A stretch of 64,000 nt of DNA from Candidatus Brocadiia bacterium. Lineage in GTDB: Bacteria > Planctomycetota > PUPC01 > DSUN01. The notes under the pieces were generated by a model. That model had not been told where the DNA came from. It searched no databases and worked only from the letters and a program-made list of their open reading frames with translations. Below are positions 1 to 10,229 of the stretch, in pieces. The stretch lies in NCBI GenBank assembly GCA_046538415.1, contig JBKHIY010000002.1:1411-65410 (forward strand), written 5' to 3'. Every line of letters begins with the position of its first letter. The first letter of the stretch is position 1. Both the position numbers and the translations under genes were made by a program.

Positions 1-2
1 TC

Positions 3-1562
3 GTGGTGAACGGCGAGGCGATGACCAAGGGCGAGGTGGCCCCGGGCGACATCATCCACATCGGGCCCTTCGAGCTGGAGCTGGTCGAGGCGGAGAGCGG
101 GCCCGCCGTGTCCCGGGCCTACCGGCCGAGGAAAGCGGGTCCCCCTCGGTTCGCCTTCGGGCGGCTGCGGCGGCCCAAGGCCATGGTCCTGGCGCCTGGC
201 TCGGCCACCGTGCTGGGGCGAGGCCCGTTGGCCCACATCCGCCTCGATAGCCCCTTCGTCTCGGAGTTCCACTCCATGCTGGCTCTCGATCCCACGGACG
301 ACGGGCGGATGCCGTTCCTCATCGACCTCTACAGCAGCAACGGAACCTTCGTCAACGGCCAGCCCGTCCACCGCAAGCACGTGCTCCCCGGCGACGCCAT
401 CGTCGTGGGGCGGGCCCACTTCGGCATCCGGCGCGTGGAGCCCGGCGAGCGCCGCGAGCCGGGGGACGTGGACGAGGCGGAGCGGCCCGAGCCCCCACCC
501 CGACGGATCACCACCACGGTCCTGCCCCCGGCCTCCCGCGTGCCCCTGCCCGAGGAGCAGGCCCCGCCCGCCTCCGAGGAGGCGACCGAGCTGATCTTCG
601 ACCTGCCGTCCCAGGAGCCCGCGGACCACCAGGGCCTGGGCGAGACGCAGCCGCTGGACGCCGTGCCCTCGGGGCGGCGGCCGGCGCCGCCGGAGTCAGA
701 AGCGGCGAGGCTCCTCGCCGAGGTGCCTCGCGACTACGGGGCCTATTACGGCTTCCGCGAGCGCCCCTTCGGCCCCACGGCGGACCCGGAGTACTTCTTC
801 CACAGCCGGTGCCACTGGGAGGCGCTGGCCTCGCTGATGCGGTGGGTGCGGCGGGGGCCCCCGCTGGCCCTGCTCTTCGGCCAGACGGGCTGCGGCAAGT
901 CGCTGCTCCTCGCGTGCGTCGAGCGGCGGCTGGCCGCGCAGAGCCCCCCGCCCGTGGTGCTCCGGCCAGGCGTCCCGCCGGCGGAACGCGACCAGCTCAT
1001 CATGGCCGCCGTGGCTCGCGTGGCCGAGCGATGCGGCGACCTCGCCTGCGACGCACAGGCCCCCGTGGACCTGTGGAACGCCGCCCTCGCCGAGCTGGGC
1101 GGCCGGGGCATCCGGCTGGTGGTGCTCGTGGACGACGCCCACGCTCTGTCCGCCGAGGCCCTCCAGGCCATGGGCGACCTCCTGGAGCACCCCGCCGCCC
1201 GGGACAACGCGCGGCTGGTGCTCGCGGGCGACGAGACGCTGCGCCAGGTGGTCGCCGTGCCCCCCTTGTCCTACCATCTGGGGGTGTCGTGCTACCTCGC
1301 TCCGCTGAGCCTCGAGGAAGTGGCCGGCTACGTGGCCCACCACCTGGGCCACGCCGCGCCGGGACGCAGGCTGGTCTTCACCCGCCGCGCCGTGGAGCTC
1401 ATTTCGGCCTACTCGCACGGCGTCCCCCGGCTGATCAACACCGTGGCCGATGCCGCGCTCTTCTACGCCTGCCGCGACAGCCGCCAGCAGGTTAGCCACG
1501 AAGTCGTCTCCCAGGCCATCCAGGAGGGACTCGACGGTGAGCTCCCGCCCACCACTGCGTGA
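3..1562 (+). CDS. Tandem-FHA / ExeA(GspA)-like AAA+ ATPase fusion protein (5' end outside window)
   Basis: ORF open to the window edge. The tail of a first FHA domain is followed by a complete FHA core 'ATVLGRG...SEFHSML...LIDLYSSNGTFVNGQPV' and a Pro-rich linker. An ExeA-like block follows: 'YYGFRERPFGPTADPEYFFHS', Walker A 'GQTGCGKS', Walker B 'LVVLVDDAHAL'. Confidence 0.7.
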   Translation: MVNGEAMTKGEVAPGDIIHIGPFELELVEAESGPAVSRAYRPRKAGPPRFAFGRLRRPKAMVLAPGSATVLGRGPLAHIRLDSPFVSEFHSMLALDPTDDGRMPFLIDLYSSNGTFVNGQPVHRKHVLPGDAIVVGRAHFGIRRVEPGERREPGDVDEAERPEPPPRRITTTVLPPASRVPLPEEQAPPASEEATELIFDLPSQEPADHQGLGETQPLDAVPSGRRPAPPESEAARLLAEVPRDYGAYYGFRERPFGPTADPEYFFHSRCHWEALASLMRWVRRGPPLALLFGQTGCGKSLLLACVERRLAAQSPPPVVLRPGVPPAERDQLIMAAVARVAERCGDLACDAQAPVDLWNAALAELGGRGIRLVVLVDDAHALSAEALQAMGDLLEHPAARDNARLVLAGDETLRQVVAVPPLSYHLGVSCYLAPLSLEEVAGYVAHHLGHAAPGRRLVFTRRAVELISAYSHGVPRLINTVADAALFYACRDSRQQVSHEVVSQAIQEGLDGELPPTTA

Positions 1563-1571
1563 GGACCTGCC

Positions 1572-2270
1572 ATGACCCGCTCTGGCTTCATCCTTGTTCC
1601 CGCCGCCCTGTGCCTGGCCTTGGCCACTCCCACGTGGCCTGCCGAGGACGAGTCGCCGGCTGACCTGGTCGCCCAACTGCGCAGCGGGGAGGACGCCGAC
1701 CGCGCCTGGCCCCTGGTCGTGGACCTGGGCGAGAAGGCCATTCCCCCGCTCCGCAAGCTCCTCCAGGAGGGCGACGCGCCTGCGAAGGCGCGGGCCGCGG
1801 CCCTCCTCTACCGCCTGGGCGAGGCCAAAGCCCTCGACCATCTCGCCGCTCTCCTCGACTCCGATAGCGAGGAGGCCCGCCGGGAGGCCGCCGACGCCCT
1901 GCTTGCCTACGTGGGCGCTCCCCGGGACTTCGACCCTGCCGCCCCGCCCGACCGGCGGGCCAAAGCCCTGGCCCGGTGGCGGGCGTGGTGGAAGGACAAT
2001 CGCGACGCCGCCGTGGCCCGCGACCCCATGAGCAAGCTCCACGGCAAGGTGCTCAAGGTCCAGGAGGGCAGCGACCTGGCCGCCGTCAGCCTCTCCAGCA
2101 AGCACGGCGCCCAGAACGGCACGGAGCTCAACGTCTATCGCGGCGAGGAGGCGGTGTGCCTGATGCGGGTGGTGATGGCCGCGCCCACCGGCTCCGTCGC
2201 CAGGATCGTCGACCTCAGCGTCCGCAAGCCGCCGCGTGCGGGCGACCCGTTCTTCGCCACGCCCAAGTGA
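1572..2270 (+). CDS. Secreted HEAT-repeat protein, function unknown
   Basis: Signal peptide 'MTRSGFILVPAALCLALATPTWPA'. HEAT/PBS-lyase-like repeats 'AIPPLRKLLQEGDAPAKARAAALLYRLGEAKALDHLAALLDSD'. Starts 10 nt after the upstream stop. Confidence 0.6.
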   Translation: MTRSGFILVPAALCLALATPTWPAEDESPADLVAQLRSGEDADRAWPLVVDLGEKAIPPLRKLLQEGDAPAKARAAALLYRLGEAKALDHLAALLDSDSEEARREAADALLAYVGAPRDFDPAAPPDRRAKALARWRAWWKDNRDAAVARDPMSKLHGKVLKVQEGSDLAAVSLSSKHGAQNGTELNVYRGEEAVCLMRVVMAAPTGSVARIVDLSVRKPPRAGDPFFATPK

Positions 2271-2280
2271 GGAGCCCCCT

Positions 2281-3183
2281 TTGCCGCGTCCTTCCGATGG
2301 CCACCTGCCCGTCCTCGCCGTCGCCGGCGACAACCTGCCCCACGCCTGGGAGCAGGCCCTCCTCGCCTTGTGGGACCGCGGCATCTCCATGCGAACGGAA
2401 TACGACCGCCAGGACGCCCAGGGCCGCTACATCGACCCCCCCAGCCTCGACGCCACCATGGTCATCGAGGTGCGCCAGCCCTTCGGCGAGCCGCGGATCC
2501 ATAAGAACTTCCCCGGCGGACCCGCGGAACTCGAGATCTACCGCCAGGAGGTCGCGGAGGGCATCCACGACCACTGGGCCGACCCCTCCGACCCCGACAC
2601 CTGGACCTATACCTACCACCAGCGCCTGTTCGCCTACGCCCCCACGACGGACCTCAAGGACCCCCAGGCTCCCCGGCTCCCCCCCGTCGACCAGGTGGAG
2701 CGCGTGGTGCGCAAGGCCGCCGAAGCGGCCCACAGCCGCCGCATCCAGGCCACCACCTGGATGCCCACGGCCGACCCGCAGACCGACGACCCGCCGTGCC
2801 TCCAGCGCCTGTGGTTCCGCCTCGTGCCCGATCCGGAGGGCCAGCTCCATCTGAACCTCAACGCCCACTGGCGCAGCCGCGACGCCTACAAGGCCTGGTT
2901 CATGAACGCCTTCGCCCTCACCGACCTCCAGCGGGCCATCGCCGCCCGCATCGCCCAGCGGCTCGACCGCCCCGTGGGCGTCGGCTCCTACGTCGACATC
3001 AGCGACTCCTTCCACCTCTACGGAAGCTACTTCGCCGAGTTCGAGCCCGAGCTCAAGAAGATGCGCGAGCAGCCCGACTACACCCAGCGCGCCTGGCCCA
3101 GCGACCATCCCGCCGTGGAGATGATGACCCACGAGACCCGCCAGAAGCTCGAGGCCGACCCCGACTTCATGCGCGCGAAGTAA
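2281..3183 (+). CDS. Thymidylate-synthase (ThyA) superfamily enzyme, divergent
   Basis: TTG start at 2281 preceded by GAGGAG; the track ORF start at 2236 overlaps the upstream gene. ThyA-fold motifs occur in canonical order: 'DDPPCLQRLWF' (catalytic Cys), 'HWRSRDAYKAW' (R-S-x-D), 'DSFHLYGSY' (D-x-H-x-Y). Confidence 0.6.
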   Translation: MPRPSDGHLPVLAVAGDNLPHAWEQALLALWDRGISMRTEYDRQDAQGRYIDPPSLDATMVIEVRQPFGEPRIHKNFPGGPAELEIYRQEVAEGIHDHWADPSDPDTWTYTYHQRLFAYAPTTDLKDPQAPRLPPVDQVERVVRKAAEAAHSRRIQATTWMPTADPQTDDPPCLQRLWFRLVPDPEGQLHLNLNAHWRSRDAYKAWFMNAFALTDLQRAIAARIAQRLDRPVGVGSYVDISDSFHLYGSYFAEFEPELKKMREQPDYTQRAWPSDHPAVEMMTHETRQKLEADPDFMRAK

Positions 3184-3211
3184 GGCCCTGCGCCCCTCCG
3201 CGGAGCCGCCC

Positions 3212-4294
3212 ATGGCCCAGCGACGCAAATGCCGCACCGTGCACAAGGGCTGCGTGCCCATCGGCGGCGAGGCGCCCATCGCCGTCCAGTCGATGACCAC
3301 GACCTCCACTGCCGACCTGGGCGCCACTGTGGCCCAGGTGCACGAGCTGGAGACCCTGGGCTGCGAGATCATCCGCGTGGCCGTGCCCGACCGGGCCGCG
3401 GCCGCGGCCATCGCCGCCATCCGGGCGCAGATCCATGTCCCCCTGATCGCCGACATCCACTTCAGCCACCGCCTCGCCCTGGCCGCCATCGAGGCCGGCG
3501 CCGACGGCATCCGCATCAACCCGGGCAACCTCCGCAAGCGGGAATACGTCCGCCAGGTGGTGCTCGCCGCCAAGGATCGGGGCATTCCCATCCGCATCGG
3601 CGTCAATTCCGGCTCCGTCCGCGAACGCCGCCAGCTCGAGGTGGCCGAGGACGAACGCGACCTGGTGCCCCTCATGGTGGAAACCGCCCTGGACGCCTGC
3701 GGCTACTTCGAGCAGCTCGGCTTCCAGGACATTGTGCTCTCCCTCAAGGCCTCCAGCGTCCTGGCCACCGTCGCCGCCTACCGCAGCGTGGCCGAGCGAT
3801 GCGACTACCCGCTCCACCTGGGGGTGACGGCCGCCGGGCCGCCGGGCGAGGGCACCGTGAAGTCGGCCCTCGCGCTGGGCATCCTGCTCAGCGAGGGGAT
3901 CGGCGACACCGTCCGCGTCTCGCTCACCGGCCCGCCGCACCGCGAGGTGGAGGTGGCCCATGAGATCCTCTCGGCCCTCGGCCTGCGGGAGCGGCGTAGC
4001 CCCGAGATCGTCGCGTGCCCCACGTGCGGACGCTGCGAGATCGATATCGTCTCCCTGGTGGAAGAGGTGCGCCAGGCGGTGCGCGGGGCACCTCCTTCCC
4101 TCCGGGTCGCGGTGATGGGGTGCGTGGTGAACGGGCCGGGGGAGGCCAAGGACGCCGACGTCGGGGTGGCGGGAGGACGGGGAACGGGCTACCTCTTCCG
4201 CCGGGGCAGGGTGCTGCGGAAAGTGCCCGCCGAACGCCTGGCCCAGGAGCTGGCCGCCGAGATCCGCAAGCTCACGTCTCAGGGAGAGTCCTGA
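3212..4294 (+). CDS. ispG: 4-hydroxy-3-methylbut-2-en-1-yl diphosphate synthase (MEP pathway)
   Basis: Full-length GcpE/IspG-like sequence: 'IGGEAPIAVQSMT', 'IIRVAVPD', 'PLIADIHF', 'RINPGN'. C-terminal Fe-S ligand region 'CPTCGRC...GCVVNGPGE'. Confidence 0.92.
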   Translation: MAQRRKCRTVHKGCVPIGGEAPIAVQSMTTTSTADLGATVAQVHELETLGCEIIRVAVPDRAAAAAIAAIRAQIHVPLIADIHFSHRLALAAIEAGADGIRINPGNLRKREYVRQVVLAAKDRGIPIRIGVNSGSVRERRQLEVAEDERDLVPLMVETALDACGYFEQLGFQDIVLSLKASSVLATVAAYRSVAERCDYPLHLGVTAAGPPGEGTVKSALALGILLSEGIGDTVRVSLTGPPHREVEVAHEILSALGLRERRSPEIVACPTCGRCEIDIVSLVEEVRQAVRGAPPSLRVAVMGCVVNGPGEAKDADVGVAGGRGTGYLFRRGRVLRKVPAERLAQELAAEIRKLTSQGES

Positions 4295-4317
4295 CCCCCT
4301 CGTCTCTGGAGGAGACC

Positions 4318-4725
4318 ATGGTGCTGAAGAAGGCCGCGCTGGGACTGCTCGTGGCGACCCTTTGTGGAGGCTGCTGCCCCATGATCTGCGGAAGAGGAGC
4401 GGGCACCACCCCGCATCTGGGCGAGGTCCGCCACGTGGTGCTCTTCAAGTTCAAGGACGACGCGACGCGCCAACAGATCGAAGAGATCGAGGGCGCCTTC
4501 CGCGCCCTGCCCAGCAAGATCCCCCAGGTCCGCGACTTCGAGTGGGGCACGGACGTGAGCACCGAGGGGCTCGCCCAGGGCTATACGCACTGCTTCCTGG
4601 TGACCTTCGAGGACGCGGAGGCCCGCGACGCCTACCTGCCCCATCCCGCCCACAAGGCCTTCGTCGAGCAGCTCCAGCCCGTCCTCGACAAAGTCCTGGT
4701 CATCGACTACGTGGCAAGGCAGTAG
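4318..4725 (+). CDS. Dabb (stress-responsive alpha/beta barrel) domain lipoprotein
   Basis: ATG 4318 follows GGAGGAGA. N-terminal 'LLVATLCGGCC' is lipobox-like. Dabb core 'VRHVVLFKFKDDAT...FEWGTD...THCFLVTFEDAEARDAYLPHPAHKAF'. The track ORF start at 4015 is an N-terminal over-extension. Confidence 0.75.
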   Translation: MVLKKAALGLLVATLCGGCCPMICGRGAGTTPHLGEVRHVVLFKFKDDATRQQIEEIEGAFRALPSKIPQVRDFEWGTDVSTEGLAQGYTHCFLVTFEDAEARDAYLPHPAHKAFVEQLQPVLDKVLVIDYVARQ

Positions 4726-4739
4726 CCCCGGCAGGCGAG

Positions 4740-4753
4740 GGCCCTCGAGGGCC
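4740..4753. terminator. GC-rich palindrome GGCCCTCGAGGGCC between convergent genes (weak terminator candidate)
   Basis: Perfect 14-nt palindrome, 15 nt after the Dabb stop and 19 nt before the kinase-fragment stop. No flanking T-run. Confidence 0.25.
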
Positions 4754-4771
4754 TGGCTCCGTCCAGGGCCG

Positions 4772-4939
4772 TCAGCTCGTGCCCTGTCCCTGCCGCAGGT
4801 CGTGGAGCTGGGCGGCGAGGGCCGCGACCTCGTGGTTCAGGTCGGCGCAGGTCTCGTGGATCTGGCGATAGACCTGGAAGGCGCGGTCGTAGAGCTTCTG
4901 GCTGGGAGGCCTGGGCTCGGAGGACTCCCTGGGCCGCAC
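4772..4939 (-). pseudogene. Orphan 3'-terminal fragment of an FGGY carbohydrate kinase gene (paralogous copy of 8459-8620)
   Basis: Encodes '...RESSEPRPPSQKLYDRAFQVYRQIHETCADLNHEVAALAAQLHDLRQGQGTS*'. The intact kinase ends '...RESFEPRPPSRKLYDRAFQVYRQIYETCAQLNHDVAALAAELHDLRHDPT*'. No kinase N-terminal sequence lies upstream. The rest of track ORF 4772..5290 overlaps the lipoprotein gene out of frame. Confidence 0.8.
4791..4939 (-). repeat. Direct repeat copy A (149 bp), about 93% identical to 8472-8620
   Basis: Hand alignment gives 139/149 identical positions with no indels, in the same orientation. Confidence 0.85.
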
Positions 4940-4955
4940 CAGGTAGCCCGGGGCC

Positions 4956-5687
4956 TCATCGCTTGTCTCCGTTCTCCTTCTTGGCGTCTGGAGCTGGCCT
5001 GTCGTCGCCGGCGATGTCGAGGGTCGTCCAGCCGGCGAGGAAGTCGAGAAGCTGGCCTGGGCTGAAGCCCACTCGGAGGCTCGCGAGTGCCGAGCCGCCG
5101 ACCTCGAGGTCGAAGGCGTGGACCGGCTCGGCACATCCCAATGCCTTCTCCCGCCATCGCGCGGCCCCCTCCGACCATGGCCACGGCGAGCCCAGCGGCC
5201 CCAGATTAACCCCCAGGAAACTCGCGAGAGCCTGTTCGTCCTCGCCGCTTTCCATCGTGCTGTAGTCTCCCGCGAGCAGAAATAGCCCAAGAGGGAGGAA
5301 CACCCTGGGGTTCATCGCTCCCTCGCGTGCAAACAGGAAACATGGGGTCAGAACGATGCCCAATGCCGTGGTGACGGGCGGCCCCACGTGGTGCCATCGG
5401 CTGCTTGTCCAAGGGCCCCTTCCTCGTTTCACGAACTGCCTGCCGGTGACGGCCCCGGCTCCTACCGTGAGGAACTGCGTGGCGCGAATCTGAACGTCTG
5501 CTCCGAGGCCGTAGCCTGCGTGCACGTGGCGGCAATCGACGAGGTCGAGGCCGCGGTTCCTTACGTACGACCCGGCCCGTCCCGCGGTGCGGGTACACCC
5601 CGACGCCACGACCGAGAGGACGAGGGCCAGTGGCCCCAGCGTCCGCAGGCTGCCCCGAGGCCGAAGTGTGTCCCGGGCGATGTGCAC
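4956..5687 (-). CDS. Lipoprotein of unknown function (candidate sigma54-dependent target)
   Basis: GTG at 5687 preceded by AGGGAGA. Signal peptide with lipobox 'LGPLALVLSVVASGC'. No recognisable family motif. The track start at 5762 would sit at the predicted transcription start. Confidence 0.6.
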   Translation of the reverse strand: MHIARDTLRPRGSLRTLGPLALVLSVVASGCTRTAGRAGSYVRNRGLDLVDCRHVHAGYGLGADVQIRATQFLTVGAGAVTGRQFVKRGRGPWTSSRWHHVGPPVTTALGIVLTPCFLFAREGAMNPRVFLPLGLFLLAGDYSTMESGEDEQALASFLGVNLGPLGSPWPWSEGAARWREKALGCAEPVHAFDLEVGGSALASLRVGFSPGQLLDFLAGWTTLDIAGDDRPAPDAKKENGDKR

Positions 5688-5770
5688 TGCTCGTCTCCCT
5701 TGCTCCCTATGGCCTTCCGCTGCCGGCTTCCGCCACTTGGTGTGGGGCAGCCGCTCCGCCATGCGTTAAG

Positions 5771-5786
5771 AGCGAAAACCGTGCCA
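5771..5786 (-). promoter_or_regulatory. Sigma54 (-24/-12) promoter candidate
   Basis: The minus strand reads TGGCACGGTTTTCGCT against consensus TGGCACG-N4-TTGCW, with one mismatch (TCGC for TTGC). It lies about 85 nt upstream of the lipoprotein GTG and 170 nt downstream of the stop of a sigma54 activator gene. Confidence 0.6.
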
Positions 5787-5852
5787 AAGCCGGGCAGGCG
5801 CGGGGTGCATCGAGGAAAGGACGCGTGTAACGTGCTAATCCGGATATGGTCA

Positions 5853-5862
5853 GGCATATGCC
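5853..5862. promoter_or_regulatory. Perfect 10-bp palindrome GGCATATGCC, possible activator (UAS) site
   Basis: Located about 70-80 bp upstream of the -24 element in a visibly AT-richer spacer. Related TATGG motifs occur at 5845-5849 and 5877-5881. Confidence 0.2.
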
Positions 5863-5954
5863 GCCCGGCTGCCCGGTATGGCGCGCCGGGCCTCGGGGTC
5901 CGGGGCAGCTTTTGAGCGGGGCCCGTTTTCTATCGGCAGGAATTGGCGAGCGGC

Positions 5955-8276
<2,322 letters not shown>

Positions 8277-8458
8277 GCCACCGAGGCGCCTTGCCAGTCG
8301 GGTGCGATCTGGATGGTGTGCCCGCAGTGCGGGCACGCCGCCTCGCGCGGGCCGAATCGTTCCGTCCTGTCGGTGTCGCCGGACCCTGGCCGACGCTCTC
8401 TGCCGTGTTTCATGGTCCTGCCCTCCCGGCCCCAGGTCGGGCCGCATTCTGGCGCGGC

Positions 8459-10006
8459 TCAGGTCGGGTCGTGCCGCAGGTCGTGGAGCTCGGCGGCGAG
8501 GGCCGCGACATCGTGGTTCAGCTGGGCGCAGGTCTCGTAGATCTGGCGATAGACCTGGAAGGCGCGGTCGTAGAGCTTCCGGCTGGGGGGACGGGGCTCG
8601 AAGGACTCCCTGGGCCGCACGAGCTGCTCGACCGCCTGGCCCAGCGAGGGCCATACGCCCACCGCGGTGCCCGCCAGCATGGCCACGCCCAGGCATCCCG
8701 CCTCGGCGACGTCGAGCGCGTCGACGGGCAGGCCGGTCACGTCGGCCTTGGTCTGGTTCCAGCGGTCGGAGCGGGAGCCGCCGCCGATGGCGTTCAGTCG
8801 CTCCACCGGGAGGCCCCCGGAGCGCACGGACTCGAGGTTCACACGCATCTCATAGCCTACGCCGTCGAGGATCGCCCGCGTGATGTCCGCGGGGGTGCTG
8901 TTGAGGGTGAGCCCCACCAGCAGCCCCCGGGAATCGGAATCGAGGTAGGGGGTGCCGCTGCCCGAGAAGTGGGGGAGCAGGAAGAGGTCGGTGGGGCCGT
9001 CGGGCGCCTTCTCGATGAGCACATCGTAGGGGTCGCGCCCGCTTCGCTCGGCCTCCGCCCGAGTCTCTGCGCCGAAGTGGTCGCGGAACCAGCGGAGGAT
9101 GCTCCCCGCCGAGTAGACGAACGCCAGGGAGACGTAGCGGTCGGCCACCACGTGGGGGTAGACGCAGTGGTTGGCCGCGAGCATGGCGTCGGTGAGCACC
9201 GGCTCGTCCATGGCGATGGTCATGCACTCCACGGTGCCCGTGGTATCGGTGCTCACCCCCGGGTCCACCACGCCGGCGCCCAGGGCGCAGGCGGGCTGGT
9301 CGTGGCCGCCGGCCACCACCGCGACGCCCGGGGGCAGGCCGAGCGACTCCGCGGCCTTGGTCCCCAGCTCGCCCACCACCTGGCCCGAGGGGCAGGGGGT
9401 GGCGAAGATCTCCGGCTCGAGCCCCGCGGCCTCCAGGACCGGCTGGGCGAAGTCCCTGGTGCGCACGTCCAGCGCCAGGGTACGGCCGATCAGCGAATGG
9501 TCGATGGTCGGCTCCAGGCCCAGCCTGGCGAAGAAGTAGTCCTCCCAGAGGAGAAACTTCCACGTCTGCCTGTAGACTTCCGGCTCGTGCTCCCGCAGCC
9601 ACATGATCTTGTTCACCGTGTAGCTGGAGTGCTGGGGCATGCCGGTGAGCTGGAAGATCTCCTTGCGGCCCAGTTCCTCCTCCAAGGCCAGGGCTTGGGC
9701 GTGGGAGCGGGCGTCGAAGGAGAGGATGGTGTTGTAGAGCGGCTCGCGGTCCTTGCCCACGGGGAGAAACGATTCGCCGAAGACCGACACGCTGAGGGCC
9801 TTCACAGGGTCGCTGGCCTCCCGCGCGGCTTCGCCCACCACCCGCTGGACCGCCGACCACACGGCCTGGTTGTCCAGCTCCGCCCAGCCGGGCCGGGGGA
9901 AGAGCAGGGGATACTCCTGGTAGGCCGAGGCGAGCACCTGCCCGTCGGGAGCGAAGACCACGGCCTTCGTGCCCGTCGTTCCGATGTCCAGTCCCAGAAT
10001 GCTCAT
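8459..10006 (-). CDS. FGGY-family carbohydrate kinase (xylulokinase-like)
   Basis: ATG 10006 follows GGAGAGG. 'MSILGLDIGTTGTKAVVF' is the FGGY N-terminal phosphate-binding motif, and 'GGHDQPCA' and 'AIGGGSRSD' are also present. The track start at 10138 is over-extended. Confidence 0.85.
   Translation of the reverse strand: MSILGLDIGTTGTKAVVFAPDGQVLASAYQEYPLLFPRPGWAELDNQAVWSAVQRVVGEAAREASDPVKALSVSVFGESFLPVGKDREPLYNTILSFDARSHAQALALEEELGRKEIFQLTGMPQHSSYTVNKIMWLREHEPEVYRQTWKFLLWEDYFFARLGLEPTIDHSLIGRTLALDVRTRDFAQPVLEAAGLEPEIFATPCPSGQVVGELGTKAAESLGLPPGVAVVAGGHDQPACALGAGVVDPGVSTDTTGTVECMTIAMDEPVLTDAMLAANHCVYPHVVADRYVSLAFVYSAGSILRWFRDHFGAETRAEAERSGRDPYDVLIEKAPDGPTDLFLLPHFSGSGTPYLDSDSRGLLVGLTLNSTPADITRAILDGVGYEMRVNLESVRSGGLPVERLNAIGGGSRSDRWNQTKADVTGLPVDALDVAEAGCLGVAMLAGTAVGVWPSLGQAVEQLVRPRESFEPRPPSRKLYDRAFQVYRQIYETCAQLNHDVAALAAELHDLRHDPT
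8472..8620 (-). repeat. Direct repeat copy B (149 bp), the authentic 3' end of the FGGY kinase
   Basis: Pairs with 4791-4939; 139/149 identical by hand alignment. Confidence 0.85.
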
Positions 10007-10045
10007 GGCCGATCCTCTCCTAACCGGGCGGGGTATTCGCCACTG

Positions 10046-10074
10046 AGTATAGCTGTCCTCCGCGCCGCGCGCAA
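10046..10074 (-). promoter_or_regulatory. Sigma70-type promoter candidate, TTGCGC-17-TATACT
   Basis: The minus-strand -35 is at 10069-10074 and the -10 at 10046-10051, about 40 nt upstream of the kinase ATG. Confidence 0.4.
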
Positions 10075-10229
10075 CATCCCCAGCACCTGCCCCGCCCCTG
10101 CTGCCCCGCTGTGCAAAGCCGACCCGCCCTTGCGTCACCCTTGCCGCGTGGCATGTATGGGACCACGGCCCACCGTGCTGGGGCCGACGCTCCTACGAGC
10201 CGCCAGCCTGCCCCCCAGGAGGACGCGGG

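Noticed and set aside
696-2390. Other long antisense or alternative-frame ORFs: 696-2390, 2215-3675, 5707-8226, 5943-7574, 8291-11089, 10263-13097, 12796-14472, 14503-16200, 16142-18214, 18409-20649, 20495-21778, 21766-23658, 23555-25369, 25777-27630, 27437-28813, 28840-30216, 30159-32687, 41089-42594, 43616-45436, 44275-46998, 47450-49747, 52457-54736, 54740-56269, 58551-60725, 60439-62079, 62965-63966
   Set aside because: Same reasoning. Each lies opposite to or out of frame with a motif-supported gene, shows the skewed Arg/Pro/Gly/Ala composition expected from GC3-rich antisense frames, and lacks a start context.
4772-5290. 172-aa ORF taken at face value as a gene
   Set aside because: Only its last 55 or so codons are meaningful, as the FGGY-kinase C-terminal duplicate. 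The upstream two-thirds overlaps the lipoprotein gene out of frame and is Arg/Gly/Pro-rich. It is annotated as a pseudogene fragment instead.
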